This document shows, in pieces, positions 11,100-21,880 of a stretch of 64,000 nt of DNA. The notes beneath the pieces were generated by a model. That model made no database searches. It saw nothing but the letters and a program-made list of their open reading frames with translations, and was not told the origin of the DNA. Source of the DNA: an uncultured delta proteobacterium (GTDB lineage Bacteria; Desulfobacterota; Desulfobacteria; Desulfobacterales; Desulfosalsimonadaceae); the NCBI GenBank assembly GCA_963826785.1, contig CAWGYD010000001.1, forward strand, positions 800,001 through 864,000. Reading direction: 5' to 3'. Position 1 is the stretch's first letter, and each line of letters opens with the position of its first letter. A program made the position numbers and the translations under genes.

Positions 11100-11702
11100 A
11101 TGCATACAAGTCTAGTGCTGAAGCGTTATGAAGATAAGCCGGTCGAACCGCCGGTGCCAAACAGATTGTTAATGCCATACCATGAGGATGTGGTGCTGGA
11201 ACAGGAAGGAAAGCGGATTCTTCGGATTGGCAGCGCCCACGGCCACTTGCCCTTGAACGCCAGGGAGGGAAAAAGCTTTGACGGAAGCGAGCTTCTCCTC
11301 TGGCGGAAAGTCCAGCTGCGCAGTGAAGTGACGGGGAATCTGAACCGGAGCAGGGGGGCGGCCGGCCTTCAAAGCGGCGAAGCCGACCCGGTCATGATCC
11401 TCGGATTCGAGGTCCCCCGGGAGAGCAACATACTTGCTGCCGCAAAAAAAAGCATTTTTTTGACGCTGGTCACGGCACTCCTGTTCATATCCGTCAGTCT
11501 CATTACCTGGATCACGGTGATCCGGAGCCGTCTGCTGGCCGGGCAGCTCGAGGCTGAGCGGGCCCGCCGCGCCCACCTGGAAGAGTTGGGACTGGCCGCG
11601 GCCGGTCTGGCCCATGAAACCAAAAATCCCCTTGGCATCATCCTGGGACTGGCCCAGCAGATCTCCGCAAACCCAGGTGAGCCGGTGCAGAGCCGGAGGA
11701 TG
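11100..11702 (+). pseudogene. Truncated membrane sensor histidine kinase (no HATPase domain)
   Basis: TM helix, then H-box LAAAGLAHETKNPLG; the frame ends about 35 codons later, where regulator-type sequence begins. Confidence 0.75.
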
Positions 11703-12304
11703 CGTCGCTCTTAAGGGCCATCGAGACCGGCCGCATCAGGCCCGTGGGCGGCGACAGGGAAGTCGAGGTGGATTACCGGCTTTTATCGGCGACCAACCGG
11801 ATCCTGATGCAGGAGATCGAAAACGGCCGATTCCGCCAGGATCTCTATTACCGGTTGAATGTCATTTCCATCGAAATCCCTCCCCTTCGCCAACGGCCGG
11901 AGGACATCCTTCCGCTGGCGCGGCATTTTCTGCTTCAAGGGCAAACCGAAGCCCGGCGGCTTTCCCAGGCGGCGGCCAGAACGCTGACGGCCTATCCCTG
12001 GCCCGGAAACGTCCGTGAACTCATCAATGCCCTGGAACACGCCCGATTTCTCTCCCAGTCCGATGTCATCCTCCCCGAGCACCTTCCGCCCGCTGTTCGC
12101 AGTGCTGCGGCACATGGAAACACGGCGCATTCGGATAGTGGAGCAGACATGCCGGCGGAGGTCAAAACCCTGGGCGAAACTGAAATGGAAACCATACGGC
12201 ACGCCCTGGAGCAGACTGCGGGCAACCGAACCCGGGCCGCCAAACTGCTGGGCATTACCCGGCGCGGGCTTATCTACAAGCTGAAGCGGCTGGGAATCAA
12301 ATAG
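11703..12304 (+). pseudogene. C-terminal half of a sigma54-dependent NtrC-type regulator
   Basis: The frame reads LLRAIETGRIRPVGG...ATNR...FRQDLYYRLNV...YPWPGNVREL plus a Fis-type HTH. REC, Walker A and GAFTGA are absent. Confidence 0.8.
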
Positions 12305-12476
12305 AGCCCTCGGATTCTTTCACCGGCCCGGCGCAGTTTTCCCATGCAAAAATTTCACACCGGCCTCCCGGTGAGAAATTCTTTCCCACCCCATTTTTGC
12401 ATTCAAGATGATCCCCATGCGGCAGAAAGGAGGCGACCGGTAAAACCTTTCCGGCAATTCGCCTCTTTCCTGTGAC

Positions 12477-12492
12477 TGGCACATTTGTTGCT
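12477..12492 (+). promoter_or_regulatory. Sigma54 -24/-12 promoter
   Basis: TGGCAC-ATTTG-TTGCT matches TGGCAC-N5-TTGCW and lies just downstream of the EBP relic. Confidence 0.75.
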
Positions 12493-12524
12493 CCATTTAA
12501 GCCACTGATCGCGGCAAAAAGATC

Positions 12525-12884
12525 GTGTTAAACGAGATGGAGTGCATAATGACCCGGACATTGTCGATGGCCGCAGCGCCTGGTCGCGGGTGCAGCAGGC
12601 CGACGCCATTTACGCGCCAGGCGGCTGCAGTGCTGAAACCGGCCCTGTTCTGCACGGCCAGCGCCGAAAAGAACCGGCTGCAAACAAAGGAATCGAGCGC
12701 TGAAGCCGGGCGATCGAACACCGAAACCTTAGCTGCCGGATTGGGGGCATCTTATGAAATCGACCTGTGGGGCCGCCTCAATGCATTGCGCCACTCCGAG
12801 GTCTCAAGTTTTCAGGCGGCCCGGGAAGACCTGGCTTTTGCCGCAGTCACCGTTTCGGCGGAAGTCGCCTTCATTTGGATTTAA
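12525..12884 (+). pseudogene. Fragment of a TolC/NodT-type outer-membrane efflux protein
   Basis: ASYEIDLWGRL...AAREDL...VTVSAEVA is a NodT/OprM motif; only about 120 aa remain. Confidence 0.7.
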
Positions 12885-12908
12885 ACTGAACACATGATAG
12901 GAGGTTAA

Positions 12909-13199
12909 ATGATGAATTGCCCGATATGCAACATTTCGTTGGTCATGAGTGAAAGACAGGGGATTGAAATTGATTATTGTCCGCAATGCCGGGGGATCTG
13001 GCTGGACCGGGGTGAACTGGACAAAATTATCCAGCGATCGGCCCCGGAGATGGTCCGTGATTCCGGCGGGGAAATTGAGAGTTTGCATCCCGGTAAACTC
13101 CACGACCATGATCACGATCATAACCGCGGTCATGGTAAAAAGCATGGCAAAGGTTACTATAAGAAAAAAAACCTCCTTGCCGATCTGTTTGATTTCTAA
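12909..13199 (+). CDS. zf-TFIIB zinc-ribbon protein with His-rich tail
   Basis: CPIC...ERQGIEIDYCPQCRGIWLDRGELDK, C-terminal LADLFDF; RBS GGAGG. Confidence 0.85.
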   Translation: MMNCPICNISLVMSERQGIEIDYCPQCRGIWLDRGELDKIIQRSAPEMVRDSGGEIESLHPGKLHDHDHDHNRGHGKKHGKGYYKKKNLLADLFDF

Positions 13200-13226
13200 T
13201 GTTAAGCTGCAGAATCCGCGCCGATC

Positions 13227-14720
13227 ATGAATATCCAAAAATACAGATTAAACCGGTATATCATCACGGAATATGAAGGCAATGTCTTTACCTGGGAGAC
13301 GCACATCGCGCTGGGGTCTCAACTCTCGGGGAATTGTTTCATCATAGGGGATATCCTGGTGTTAGGGCCGCGCGAACATGAGGATTCCGGGTTTCTGATT
13401 CTGGAATTTCATGAACATCTTCGTAAATTGAGGGCTTGGGACCAGACACGGTATTACTGCCCGAGTTCAAGTTTGCAAGATATCGAATCCGGACAGAACC
13501 TTTGCCGGCATTTTAATCCTCAGCGCCTTAAAACCGCAGACAATGTTCAGTCGCCGGGTGTATTTCGCCTGGGAAAATATAAGATTGAAGTTGGGCAAAA
13601 TGGGAATATATCATGGCATGCCTATGAAGGCGTAAACCAGATCATCAGCGGAAAGTGCATGATTGAATCCGGCATCCTGTTCATTGGAAACAGGGAATCC
13701 GAGCGCTGCGACAGCCGGAAGAAGAAGGAATGGTTCAAGGCACTGAGTGCTTTTCCAAAATGGGACAAAACTTTTGCCTGGGGGCATTCGAGGGTTTTGC
13801 AGGATTGCCGGCATAAGGAAATTAAAAGGCGGTCCATCTGGGATTATGCGGACGGTAAAGACAGGATAAAAAGTAAAGATCAACTTTCAAGCCGGGAAAA
13901 GGATCATCCAGATCAGCAGATTGATCCATTACCGGATCTTGGAAGTATTTGGCGCCGCTTCCGGGACTGGGAGGGATGGCGAAATTGGGTGCTGCCTTTC
14001 CTCATCAAAAGTCTGTCGGCTTTCCTTTTCGTCCTCTGGTTCGTAATTGAAAAATCATTGAAATTGTTTGGCAAAATGATGAGGTGGAAAATGAATAAAT
14101 CCTTAAAGATATTATTGCTGTCATTTGCGCTTATGACCCCCACCGGATCGATGAATATGGCTGTGGCAGATGACCATGGAACAGACAGGCACAGCCATGA
14201 AATGGATTTCGAACATGATGATGAGCATAACAAAGGGGAAGAGGGCCATCAGGAAAGGCATAAACACCACGGAGATGGGGATGATGAGGAGAAGGGAGAA
14301 GACAAGCTGAAAGCCGTCGATAATCCGGTCTATAAAGAAAATTGCGGCGCATGCCACCTCGCATATCAGCCGGAACTCCTGCCTTCGGCTTCCTGGATGG
14401 AAATCATGAGCAGCCTCGATGGCCATTTCGGGGAGACGGTTGAACTCGGGGACGATTCCAAAAAAATCATTTCAGAATATCTCAAGGCCAACAGCGCTGA
14501 AAACAGCTCCGCCGAAGAAGCGGCTAAAATCATGCGCAGCCTGGGCGGCCGGACGCCCATGAGAATCACAGATATCCCCTATATTCAAGAAAAGCATCAC
14601 GATATTTCCCAAAGTCGCATAAGCAACCAGGCCGTTGGTTCGCTCTCAAATTGTTCAGCATGCCATCAAACTGCTGAAAATGGAAATTATGATGATGATA
14701 ATGTTACAGTCCCCAGATAA
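13227..14720 (+). CDS. Hypothetical repeat-domain membrane protein read in frame into a diheme cytochrome c (internal start 14091)
   Basis: C-terminal CGACH and CSACH with DHC motifs YQPELLP..SW, HFG, RIT. A second RBS (GAGGTGG), ATG and signal peptide sit at 14091. Confidence 0.75.
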   Translation: MNIQKYRLNRYIITEYEGNVFTWETHIALGSQLSGNCFIIGDILVLGPREHEDSGFLILEFHEHLRKLRAWDQTRYYCPSSSLQDIESGQNLCRHFNPQRLKTADNVQSPGVFRLGKYKIEVGQNGNISWHAYEGVNQIISGKCMIESGILFIGNRESERCDSRKKKEWFKALSAFPKWDKTFAWGHSRVLQDCRHKEIKRRSIWDYADGKDRIKSKDQLSSREKDHPDQQIDPLPDLGSIWRRFRDWEGWRNWVLPFLIKSLSAFLFVLWFVIEKSLKLFGKMMRWKMNKSLKILLLSFALMTPTGSMNMAVADDHGTDRHSHEMDFEHDDEHNKGEEGHQERHKHHGDGDDEEKGEDKLKAVDNPVYKENCGACHLAYQPELLPSASWMEIMSSLDGHFGETVELGDDSKKIISEYLKANSAENSSAEEAAKIMRSLGGRTPMRITDIPYIQEKHHDISQSRISNQAVGSLSNCSACHQTAENGNYDDDNVTVPR

Positions 14721-14872
14721 TCTTATGCGCCCATTTTGATATTGTTTGCCCGAAACATAGCATTTTCGCCTTAATCATTTACCAATATTGGCTCAGGATT
14801 TAGATGAGCAGTAAAATATTTGGAGAACCCATGCGATAGCCGAATAACAGCATGGGCAGGGAATCCGTAAAT

Positions 14873-17470
14873 ATGAAAAAAACAGACCGCTCCACCCTCG
14901 ATCTGAACGGTATGAAGGGGCTGAGCGAGCAAAGCGCGCGCAAGCGGCTGGAAGCGGAAGGACCGAATGAACTTCCGGCTCAGAAAAAACGGAGCCTGTT
15001 GGCCATCGGCCTTGAGGTCGTCCGTGAGCCCATGTTCATCATGCTGGTGGCGGCCGGAAGTATTTATCTCTTCATGGGCGAGCCGGCGGATGCCCTGATG
15101 CTGCTTGGATTTGTGGTCATCGTCATCGCCATTACCATCGTCCAGGAGCGGCGCACGGAGCGGGCACTGGATGCGCTGCGGGATCTATCCAGTCCCCGGG
15201 CGCTTGTCATCCGGGACGGACAGCAGCAGCGAATTGCCGGGCGCGAGGTGGTCAGGGGCGATTTCGTGGTGCTGTCCGAGGGAGACCGCGTCCCCGCCGA
15301 TGGCCTCCTGCGGCGGGGGATCAACCTTTCAGCCGACGAGTCCCTGCTGACCGGAGAGTCCGTGCCGGTCAGAAAGCTGCCCTCCATTAAAAGCGGGGAA
15401 CTCGAAAAGCCCGGAGGAGACGATCTTCCCTCGATGTTTTCCGGAACATTGGTCACCGCCGGGCAGGGTATCATTGAAATCCTGGCCACGGGGCCACGCT
15501 CGGAACTGGGCAAAATCGGCAAGGCGATAGAGAAAGTCAACCCGGAACGAACCCTTTTGCAGAAAGAGACAGGCCGCCTGGTCCGCACTTTTACCATCGT
15601 CGGGCTCACGGCTTGTGCGCTGGTGGTGGTGGCCTTTGCGATGACCCGCGGCGGTGGTCTTGGGATGTGGAAAGAGGGCCTGCTTGCCGGAATTGCCATG
15701 GCCATGGCGACGCTCCCGGAGGAATTTCCTGTTGTGCTCACGGTTTTTCTGGCCATGGGGGCGTGGCGGATTTCGCGCCGCAACGTGTTGACGCGGCGGA
15801 TGCCGGCCATTGAAATGCTGGGGGCGGCGACAGTCCTTTGCGTCGACAAGACCGGGACGCTCACCCAAAACCAAATGGGATTGCGCAGGCTTGCCGTGTC
15901 CGGAGATGCCATCGATCTTGCTGCAGATGGGTTGCCGGAAAAAATGCACAATCTTCTGGAATATGCCATTCTGGCGAGTAAACGCGACCCTTTCGACCCG
16001 ATGGAGCGGGCACTGCAGGAGACCGGTGATCGTTTGATCAAGGGTACCGAGCACCTGCATCCGGGCTGGTCACTTATACGCGAGTATCCATTAACCCCCG
16101 GCCTGCTTGCGGTAAGCCATGCCTGGCGGACCGGGAACGGGGAGGACGTCATGATTGCAGCCAAAGGTGCGCCCGAGGCCATAATGGATCTCTGCCACCT
16201 GACACCCTCTCAGCGCGAGTCCATGTCCCATGACGTGGCCGACCTCGCGTCCCGGGGACTCCGGGTACTGGGCGTCGCCCGGGGAGAAACCGCCCTGGGG
16301 GATCTTCCGGAGGCGCATCACGACCTTAGCCTTGATCTCGTCGGTTTTTTGGGTTTTGAGGACCCGCTGCGGCCGGATGTGCCTGCCGCTGTCGCTGAGT
16401 GCCGGGCCGCTGGCGTGCGTGTGGTGATGGTCACGGGTGATTACCCCCGGACAGCCCAGAGCATTGCCCGGCAGGCAGGCCTTGCACAATGCGGCAATGT
16501 GATTTCCGGGCCTGAACTTGACCGGATGTCTGACCAGGATCTTTCCGACAGAATCAAGGATGTGCAGATATTCGCCCGTGTCGTCCCCGAGCAGAAGCTG
16601 CGCATCGTCAGTGCGCTGAAGGCAAACGGAGAGGTGGTGGCCATGACCGGGGATGGCGTTAATGACGCCCCCGCCCTCAAGGCAGCGCATATCGGCATTG
16701 CCATGGGCGGCCGGGGAACGGATGTGGCCCGCGAGGCGGCCTCGCTGGTCCTGCTCGACGATGATTTTTCCTCCATTGTGGCCGCTATTCGGCTTGGCCG
16801 GCGTATTTTCGACAATATCAAGAAGGCCGTCGCGTTTATTCTGGCGGTGCATGTGCCCATTGCCGGCCTGTCCATGATCCCGGTCTTTTTTGCCGACTGG
16901 CCGTTGCTCCTTTTGCCGGTCCACATCGTTTTTCTGGAACTGATCATCGACCCCTCGTGCTCTCTTATTTTTGAGGCCGAGCATGCCGAAGCCGATGTGA
17001 TGAACCGGCCGCCCAGGAAACCGGATGAGCGGCTCTTCTCCATGCAGACCATCGGTATTGCCGTGATGCAGGGCCTGAGCACACTTGCGGTCTGTCTGGG
17101 TGTTTTCATGCTCGCCCGCAGCAGCCATTCAGCCGGGGCCGCCCGGGCCCTGACTTTTGTGACCCTGGTGATGGCCTTTCTAATGATTATTCTGGTCAAC
17201 CGGTCCTGGACAAGATCCCTGTTCGAGATGCTGCGTACGCCCAATGCCGCCCTTCACTGGGTGGTATTGGGCACCAGCGTTTTCCTCGCTGTTGTCCTGT
17301 CAGTCCCTTTTGCCCGGCGAATTTTTCATTTCGCTCCCCTTCACCCGACGGATCTTATCATCAGTCTCGGGGCCGGCCTGCTCTGCGTTTTGTGGTTCGA
17401 GCTGGTCAAGTTCGCCAGAAAGCGCCGCAAACCGGCCCTGCATTATGACAACCGGAGTGCCGCTCAGTAG
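14873..17470 (+). CDS. Cation-translocating P-type ATPase (type II, Ca2+-like)
   Basis: LTGES, LPEEFP, DKTGTLT, KGAPE, TGD, MTGDGVNDAPALK. Confidence 0.95.
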   Translation: MKKTDRSTLDLNGMKGLSEQSARKRLEAEGPNELPAQKKRSLLAIGLEVVREPMFIMLVAAGSIYLFMGEPADALMLLGFVVIVIAITIVQERRTERALDALRDLSSPRALVIRDGQQQRIAGREVVRGDFVVLSEGDRVPADGLLRRGINLSADESLLTGESVPVRKLPSIKSGELEKPGGDDLPSMFSGTLVTAGQGIIEILATGPRSELGKIGKAIEKVNPERTLLQKETGRLVRTFTIVGLTACALVVVAFAMTRGGGLGMWKEGLLAGIAMAMATLPEEFPVVLTVFLAMGAWRISRRNVLTRRMPAIEMLGAATVLCVDKTGTLTQNQMGLRRLAVSGDAIDLAADGLPEKMHNLLEYAILASKRDPFDPMERALQETGDRLIKGTEHLHPGWSLIREYPLTPGLLAVSHAWRTGNGEDVMIAAKGAPEAIMDLCHLTPSQRESMSHDVADLASRGLRVLGVARGETALGDLPEAHHDLSLDLVGFLGFEDPLRPDVPAAVAECRAAGVRVVMVTGDYPRTAQSIARQAGLAQCGNVISGPELDRMSDQDLSDRIKDVQIFARVVPEQKLRIVSALKANGEVVAMTGDGVNDAPALKAAHIGIAMGGRGTDVAREAASLVLLDDDFSSIVAAIRLGRRIFDNIKKAVAFILAVHVPIAGLSMIPVFFADWPLLLLPVHIVFLELIIDPSCSLIFEAEHAEADVMNRPPRKPDERLFSMQTIGIAVMQGLSTLAVCLGVFMLARSSHSAGAARALTFVTLVMAFLMIILVNRSWTRSLFEMLRTPNAALHWVVLGTSVFLAVVLSVPFARRIFHFAPLHPTDLIISLGAGLLCVLWFELVKFARKRRKPALHYDNRSAAQ

Positions 17471-17884
17471 ACCGCCGTCCTGTCCAAAAAACTTTCCGGT
17501 TCGTGGAGAAAGTCTATCGACTCCATACGCAGCCTCTTATTTTCTTTGCAATGATTCTGCTTGTGCTGGTGGGGCATCTGGTTGTGGATTAAAGCGGGAA
17601 GTGCGGCCCGGCTTCTGTGCATAAATCAGCATACTGAAAGGCCATGGCCGTTATGCCCGCGGTGGAAGAAAATAGCATGTACAAGACAATTACGGGGTAG
17701 GGATGAAGAAGGAAATACTTGCTTTCTGCATGACCTGGTCCCCGCCGGCAGTCGCTTTTTATTGTCACAGTGGTTTTCATATTCCAGAGGGCTAAAAGGG
17801 GTCTTGATTGCTATATCCGAACGAGGGCCTCCGGCACCCAGGTCGATTCTTTTAATCACAACTTCAACGGAATAAGAGGAAAAG

Positions 17885-18433
17885 ATGAAGCCATCTTTAA
17901 AAACCAATGATTCCAGAAAATTAACACTCAATAAGAAGCAGTACTACCGATTTCATGTCTCAAGTCTTCACCTCAGTTCGGCTTTCGGCAGTGATTGGTT
18001 TGGATTGAAGGCGGAAGCATTCGCCAGGTTTTTTGGGACGCCGACTTTTCTCATCTCCCAGACCGTGTTGGTGGGGATCTGGATCATCTCAAACGCGCTG
18101 GGCATTACCCATTTTGATGTTTACCCCTTCATTCTGCTCAATCTGGCATTCAGCCTGCAGGCGGCTTATGCGGCCCCCCTTATCCTTCTGGCGCAGACGC
18201 GGCAGGCAGATCGGGACAAGGCGCTCTCCGAGTCTGATGCCCAACATCGTGAAGCCCTGGCCCAAGCTGCCGAGCAGCGTCAGATCATTGCCGAACAGCA
18301 TTCAGCCCGCATTGTCGAGTTGGTCCAGCAGAATACCGATCTGACCGAAATGATCAAGAAAATGAGTCAGCATATCGAATCGCTGACAGTCGAGCTGCAC
18401 CGCACCGTCATTGCAGAAAGAAACGCTGATTAA
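17885..18433 (+). CDS. DUF1003 membrane protein
   Basis: FDVYPFILLNLAFSLQAAYAAPLILLAQTRQ. Confidence 0.88.
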   Translation: MKPSLKTNDSRKLTLNKKQYYRFHVSSLHLSSAFGSDWFGLKAEAFARFFGTPTFLISQTVLVGIWIISNALGITHFDVYPFILLNLAFSLQAAYAAPLILLAQTRQADRDKALSESDAQHREALAQAAEQRQIIAEQHSARIVELVQQNTDLTEMIKKMSQHIESLTVELHRTVIAERNAD

Positions 18434-18441
18434 TCTTTTCG

Positions 18442-19239
18442 TCAAGAATGATTTTGGTCCACTCGGCTCACCCGCAAAAGAGGATCCTGTCGGTAATATT
18501 CCTTAAGCACCCGATAGAGTTCAGGCGCATGTTGGTGCATTTGCCGGGGTTGATCGAAAAACTGTTCTGTGGCTACAGCAAAGAATTCAGCTTCATTGGT
18601 CGCACCATAAGAATCGAGAAATGATTTTTTTCCATGCTGGGCGTCATGCCTGAGGCGGAGATATTCAAGGGAACATATTTTCACCCAATCCTTGTATTCC
18701 TTGCGGTCCCGCATCGGCGGGGTGCCGTCGGCCGCGCCATCGAGCATATCCAGCTTGTGGGCGAATTCATGATATATGACATTGTGGCCCAGCTCCGGAT
18801 GGCGTCCGCCCTTTAGCGCAGCATCCCAGATAATGATGACAGGCCCTTGCCGGAAGGCCTGCCCGATAACGGGCCGGCTGATTTCCACAGGCGCCACGAC
18901 ATTTTCAAAAAAGCCCGGATGATGCTGAGGCGGAATGACCGTAGAGGGGTAAACGATGATAGATTGAACATTCCGATAATAGTCATGAGGGATCCCCAGC
19001 AGCAATAGACAAGCCTGGGCGGATATGGTGACCCGTATCTCATCGCTAAGCACCAGCCCCCCGGCCCCCTCCCAGTTTTTTTCGGCGATGAAAACTTGAA
19101 TCAAAGCACGCAACTGTGCGCGTTCATCAGAATTCAGCATGCAATAATGAGCCACATTATGCTGGATAATGGCTTCCCATGAGGAAGGAAATGGAGTTGC
19201 CATTAATTTTTTGCGCCGACCATGATCAAAAAAGCGCAT
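18442..19239 (-). CDS. MtfA-family (M90) zinc peptidase
   Basis: GHNVIYHEFAHKLD, YGATNEAEFFAVATEQFF, YYRQDP. Confidence 0.92.
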   Translation of the reverse strand: MRFFDHGRRKKLMATPFPSSWEAIIQHNVAHYCMLNSDERAQLRALIQVFIAEKNWEGAGGLVLSDEIRVTISAQACLLLLGIPHDYYRNVQSIIVYPSTVIPPQHHPGFFENVVAPVEISRPVIGQAFRQGPVIIIWDAALKGGRHPELGHNVIYHEFAHKLDMLDGAADGTPPMRDRKEYKDWVKICSLEYLRLRHDAQHGKKSFLDSYGATNEAEFFAVATEQFFDQPRQMHQHAPELYRVLKEYYRQDPLLRVSRVDQNHS

Positions 19240-19414
19240 GTTTTGATCCTCATCAAATTTAATTGAAACAGAAACCGGGAAAGATTGAATCTGTTCACTC
19301 TTTTACAAGATGCCAAATATCCAGGCAATAATTATCGAAGATTATGATAGAGACTGTATTCGATAGGCGACCCTCTTAGCTTGAAAGAGAAGAGGGTCGC
19401 CTTGGAAAAAATAC

Positions 19415-21607
19415 TTATGGCGTCACATAGGTTACCCGCCCAAGGGCAGTCCCTTCGGGGCCATAGACAACCGCGGGAACGGCGCCGCCGAATGTCGGGA
19501 GATAGTTGAGCAGGGCCATCCATTCCTTGAGTTCCATCACGCCGGCATCAGGAGTGGCATCGATGCGGTAGTTGATGAAGTCGGCTGACGCAAGGGGCGT
19601 TCCATCCGCCTTTTTGGGCTCAAGAGGGAATCCGTAGCCGGTAACCACGTTGAGCATCTGCAGGGCATAGAGGTCGACGGCTATGTGGTAGAGCCTGTCC
19701 GGATCAAATGGGTTGATAAATACCGGTGTACCGGTGCAGAACGGGTCGGCCGGCGAATAGAGGTACACGGCCTGAACCCCGTGAAAACTCGCCGCCTGGG
19801 AAGGATCATAGACGATGTTGAGCCCCGAAAAATTCAGGTAATAATCCGACCCGATCATCCGGGAAAGCGTCATCCCGACCTCGCACATGGTGTAGACTTC
19901 CATGCCGTTCAAGTATGCATGCATTAATGGGTAACCGGGAGGGGATGTCTGGTAGGGGGAAATCCCCAGGGGCAGGCAGTTGTAGGTGTCCATAAAGGAT
20001 ATCACCCCCGTGTTTCCGGCAAGGATCGGATCACGGATCACCCCGCTGGGCACAACACCGATCTCGACGGGGCTGGCCGGATAATTAAACGGCGCCACTG
20101 CATTGGCCACGTTTCGCACCGCGTCCGCGCAGAGGCTGCCCAGTCCGGTCACCTGGAAGGGGGCAAGATTAAGGTCGAAGCCGGTGGTGGAGACGGGATC
20201 GCTCAATGTCGGCAGGCCGGAATCGGTAAGCGTCGCATCGATGGCGGCATTATAACCTGCCACCATCCCCTGAACAGTGGAATTCCCCGGCACCGTATCG
20301 TTTACATCCAGCAGGTTTAACTCAAACCCCACCACCCGGTCCAGGTCCGGGCTGAAGATTGCATCAAGCCGGCTCAAGTACTCGCCATACTCGCCGGGAG
20401 AAAAGATGATGGTGTTGGAACCGCCTGTCACCACCGCCTCATGAGTGGCCGTGTGGAAGTGCCCGGAAGCAATGATATCGATACCGGAGACATTTTCGGC
20501 CAGGTCGGCATCGTCTCCGGTCCCGTTGTTTTCCACTCCGCCGTGGGACAGGACCACCACCAGATCAACCCCGTCGTTGTCTCGCAGATCGTTGACGCAA
20601 CTCTGGATGAATGCATAATCGTGATTGAAGGTCACCGGCGTAGCCACGGGGGCCTTTTCATCTGAATCGGGGCCTGTCAGCCCGAGAAGTCCGATTTTGA
20701 TGCCGTTGGGCAGTGTCATGATCTTCTTGCTGACGATTGTGCCTGACGGAAGATAATCGAGTGCTGAACCATTTGAAGCCATATTAGAAGCCACGATGGG
20801 CACCGAAAATCCGTTAGCCAGCCCGTTTCCCAGCAGCATCGCCAATCCCTGGGGCCCCCAGTCGAATTCATGGTTGCCGAGGGTGACCGCATCGTATCCC
20901 ATCGCCTGGAAAAACTGGAGAATAATGGGATTGTCGGCGGCAAGATCATAGGCGGTTCCCATGAAGAAATCCCCGGAATCAAACAGCAGCGTGGGGATTC
21001 CAGCCGCTGCCTGACTCTGCCGGACCATGCCGATCAAGGTCGCCAGCCGGGCGAATCCGCCCCGGATGCCGTCATCGTTTAGAGTAAGCGGGGTGTAATC
21101 AATAAACGGTCCATACCCGCTGGCATGGTCATGGACATCTGAGGTCTGCATGATCGTGAACTGCAGATCATTCTTCCCCGCCAGAATGACTTTGACCGTA
21201 TCGGTCCCGGTAAAGGTGTCTGTATCGGTCAGGCTGCCGGAGACCGTTAGTGTCTGGAGCCCCAAAAATAAATGGTCTTGAAGCTCCTGGCGGTCGAATT
21301 TGACCATCAGGTCGGGAACGCCGTCCTCGTCATAGTCGCCGATGCAGGTCGGCTCGGATTTAGCGGATATGTCGGTCCCGTTCGCTTTCAGGGCGACCGT
21401 GTTGACATCGATATCGGCGACATCGTAAGTATCAGGCAGCTCGATATAGGCGGTTACATTGTTGCCATTTGAATTCAGGATGATGGTTTTGGGGTTCAGG
21501 TCCACTACCGAAGAGATGATACCGGCCGCTGCATCAGCCGGATGCATTCCGGTGAACGCGGCAAAATACAAAATGCCAAGCGCCAGTGTTGTAATCGCTT
21601 TTTTCAT
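19415..21607 (-). CDS. Secreted 5'-nucleotidase/UDP-sugar hydrolase family metallophosphoesterase with extra N-terminal domain
   Basis: Signal peptide; TSDVH, DSGDF, LGNHEFD, LSHGG, ASGHFH and a 5'-NT C-terminal domain. ATG 21607 follows GGAGGT. Confidence 0.88.
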   Translation of the reverse strand: MKKAITTLALGILYFAAFTGMHPADAAAGIISSVVDLNPKTIILNSNGNNVTAYIELPDTYDVADIDVNTVALKANGTDISAKSEPTCIGDYDEDGVPDLMVKFDRQELQDHLFLGLQTLTVSGSLTDTDTFTGTDTVKVILAGKNDLQFTIMQTSDVHDHASGYGPFIDYTPLTLNDDGIRGGFARLATLIGMVRQSQAAAGIPTLLFDSGDFFMGTAYDLAADNPIILQFFQAMGYDAVTLGNHEFDWGPQGLAMLLGNGLANGFSVPIVASNMASNGSALDYLPSGTIVSKKIMTLPNGIKIGLLGLTGPDSDEKAPVATPVTFNHDYAFIQSCVNDLRDNDGVDLVVVLSHGGVENNGTGDDADLAENVSGIDIIASGHFHTATHEAVVTGGSNTIIFSPGEYGEYLSRLDAIFSPDLDRVVGFELNLLDVNDTVPGNSTVQGMVAGYNAAIDATLTDSGLPTLSDPVSTTGFDLNLAPFQVTGLGSLCADAVRNVANAVAPFNYPASPVEIGVVPSGVIRDPILAGNTGVISFMDTYNCLPLGISPYQTSPPGYPLMHAYLNGMEVYTMCEVGMTLSRMIGSDYYLNFSGLNIVYDPSQAASFHGVQAVYLYSPADPFCTGTPVFINPFDPDRLYHIAVDLYALQMLNVVTGYGFPLEPKKADGTPLASADFINYRIDATPDAGVMELKEWMALLNYLPTFGGAVPAVVYGPEGTALGRVTYVTP

Positions 21608-21840
21608 AAGATACCTCCATTTGCGGACCTTCATAGTCCGCCATCATGTGATTGGCAAAAAAAACGAAATCTGATAAAGATCCGCCTGTCTGCCTTGCGG
21701 GGGGATCCCGGGTATGCGGATTAGATACAGGAAGAAATCGTGTGTATAGAATATTTCTGGTGTTCATTTCATTTCTTTCCTTTGATTCAAACCAATCGTA
21801 AAAACCATAACCGACAGAAAAGGACTTTGTCGGTTTCAGG

Positions 21841-21880
21841 AAAATAAAAAAGCCGGGCGCTTTTCAGGCAACCCGGCTTT
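21841..21880 (-). terminator. Intrinsic terminator forming the riboswitch expression platform
   Basis: AAGCCGGG..GC/GC.CCCGGCTT stem followed by TTTTATTTT on the minus strand, overlapping the aptamer 3' end. Confidence 0.75.
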
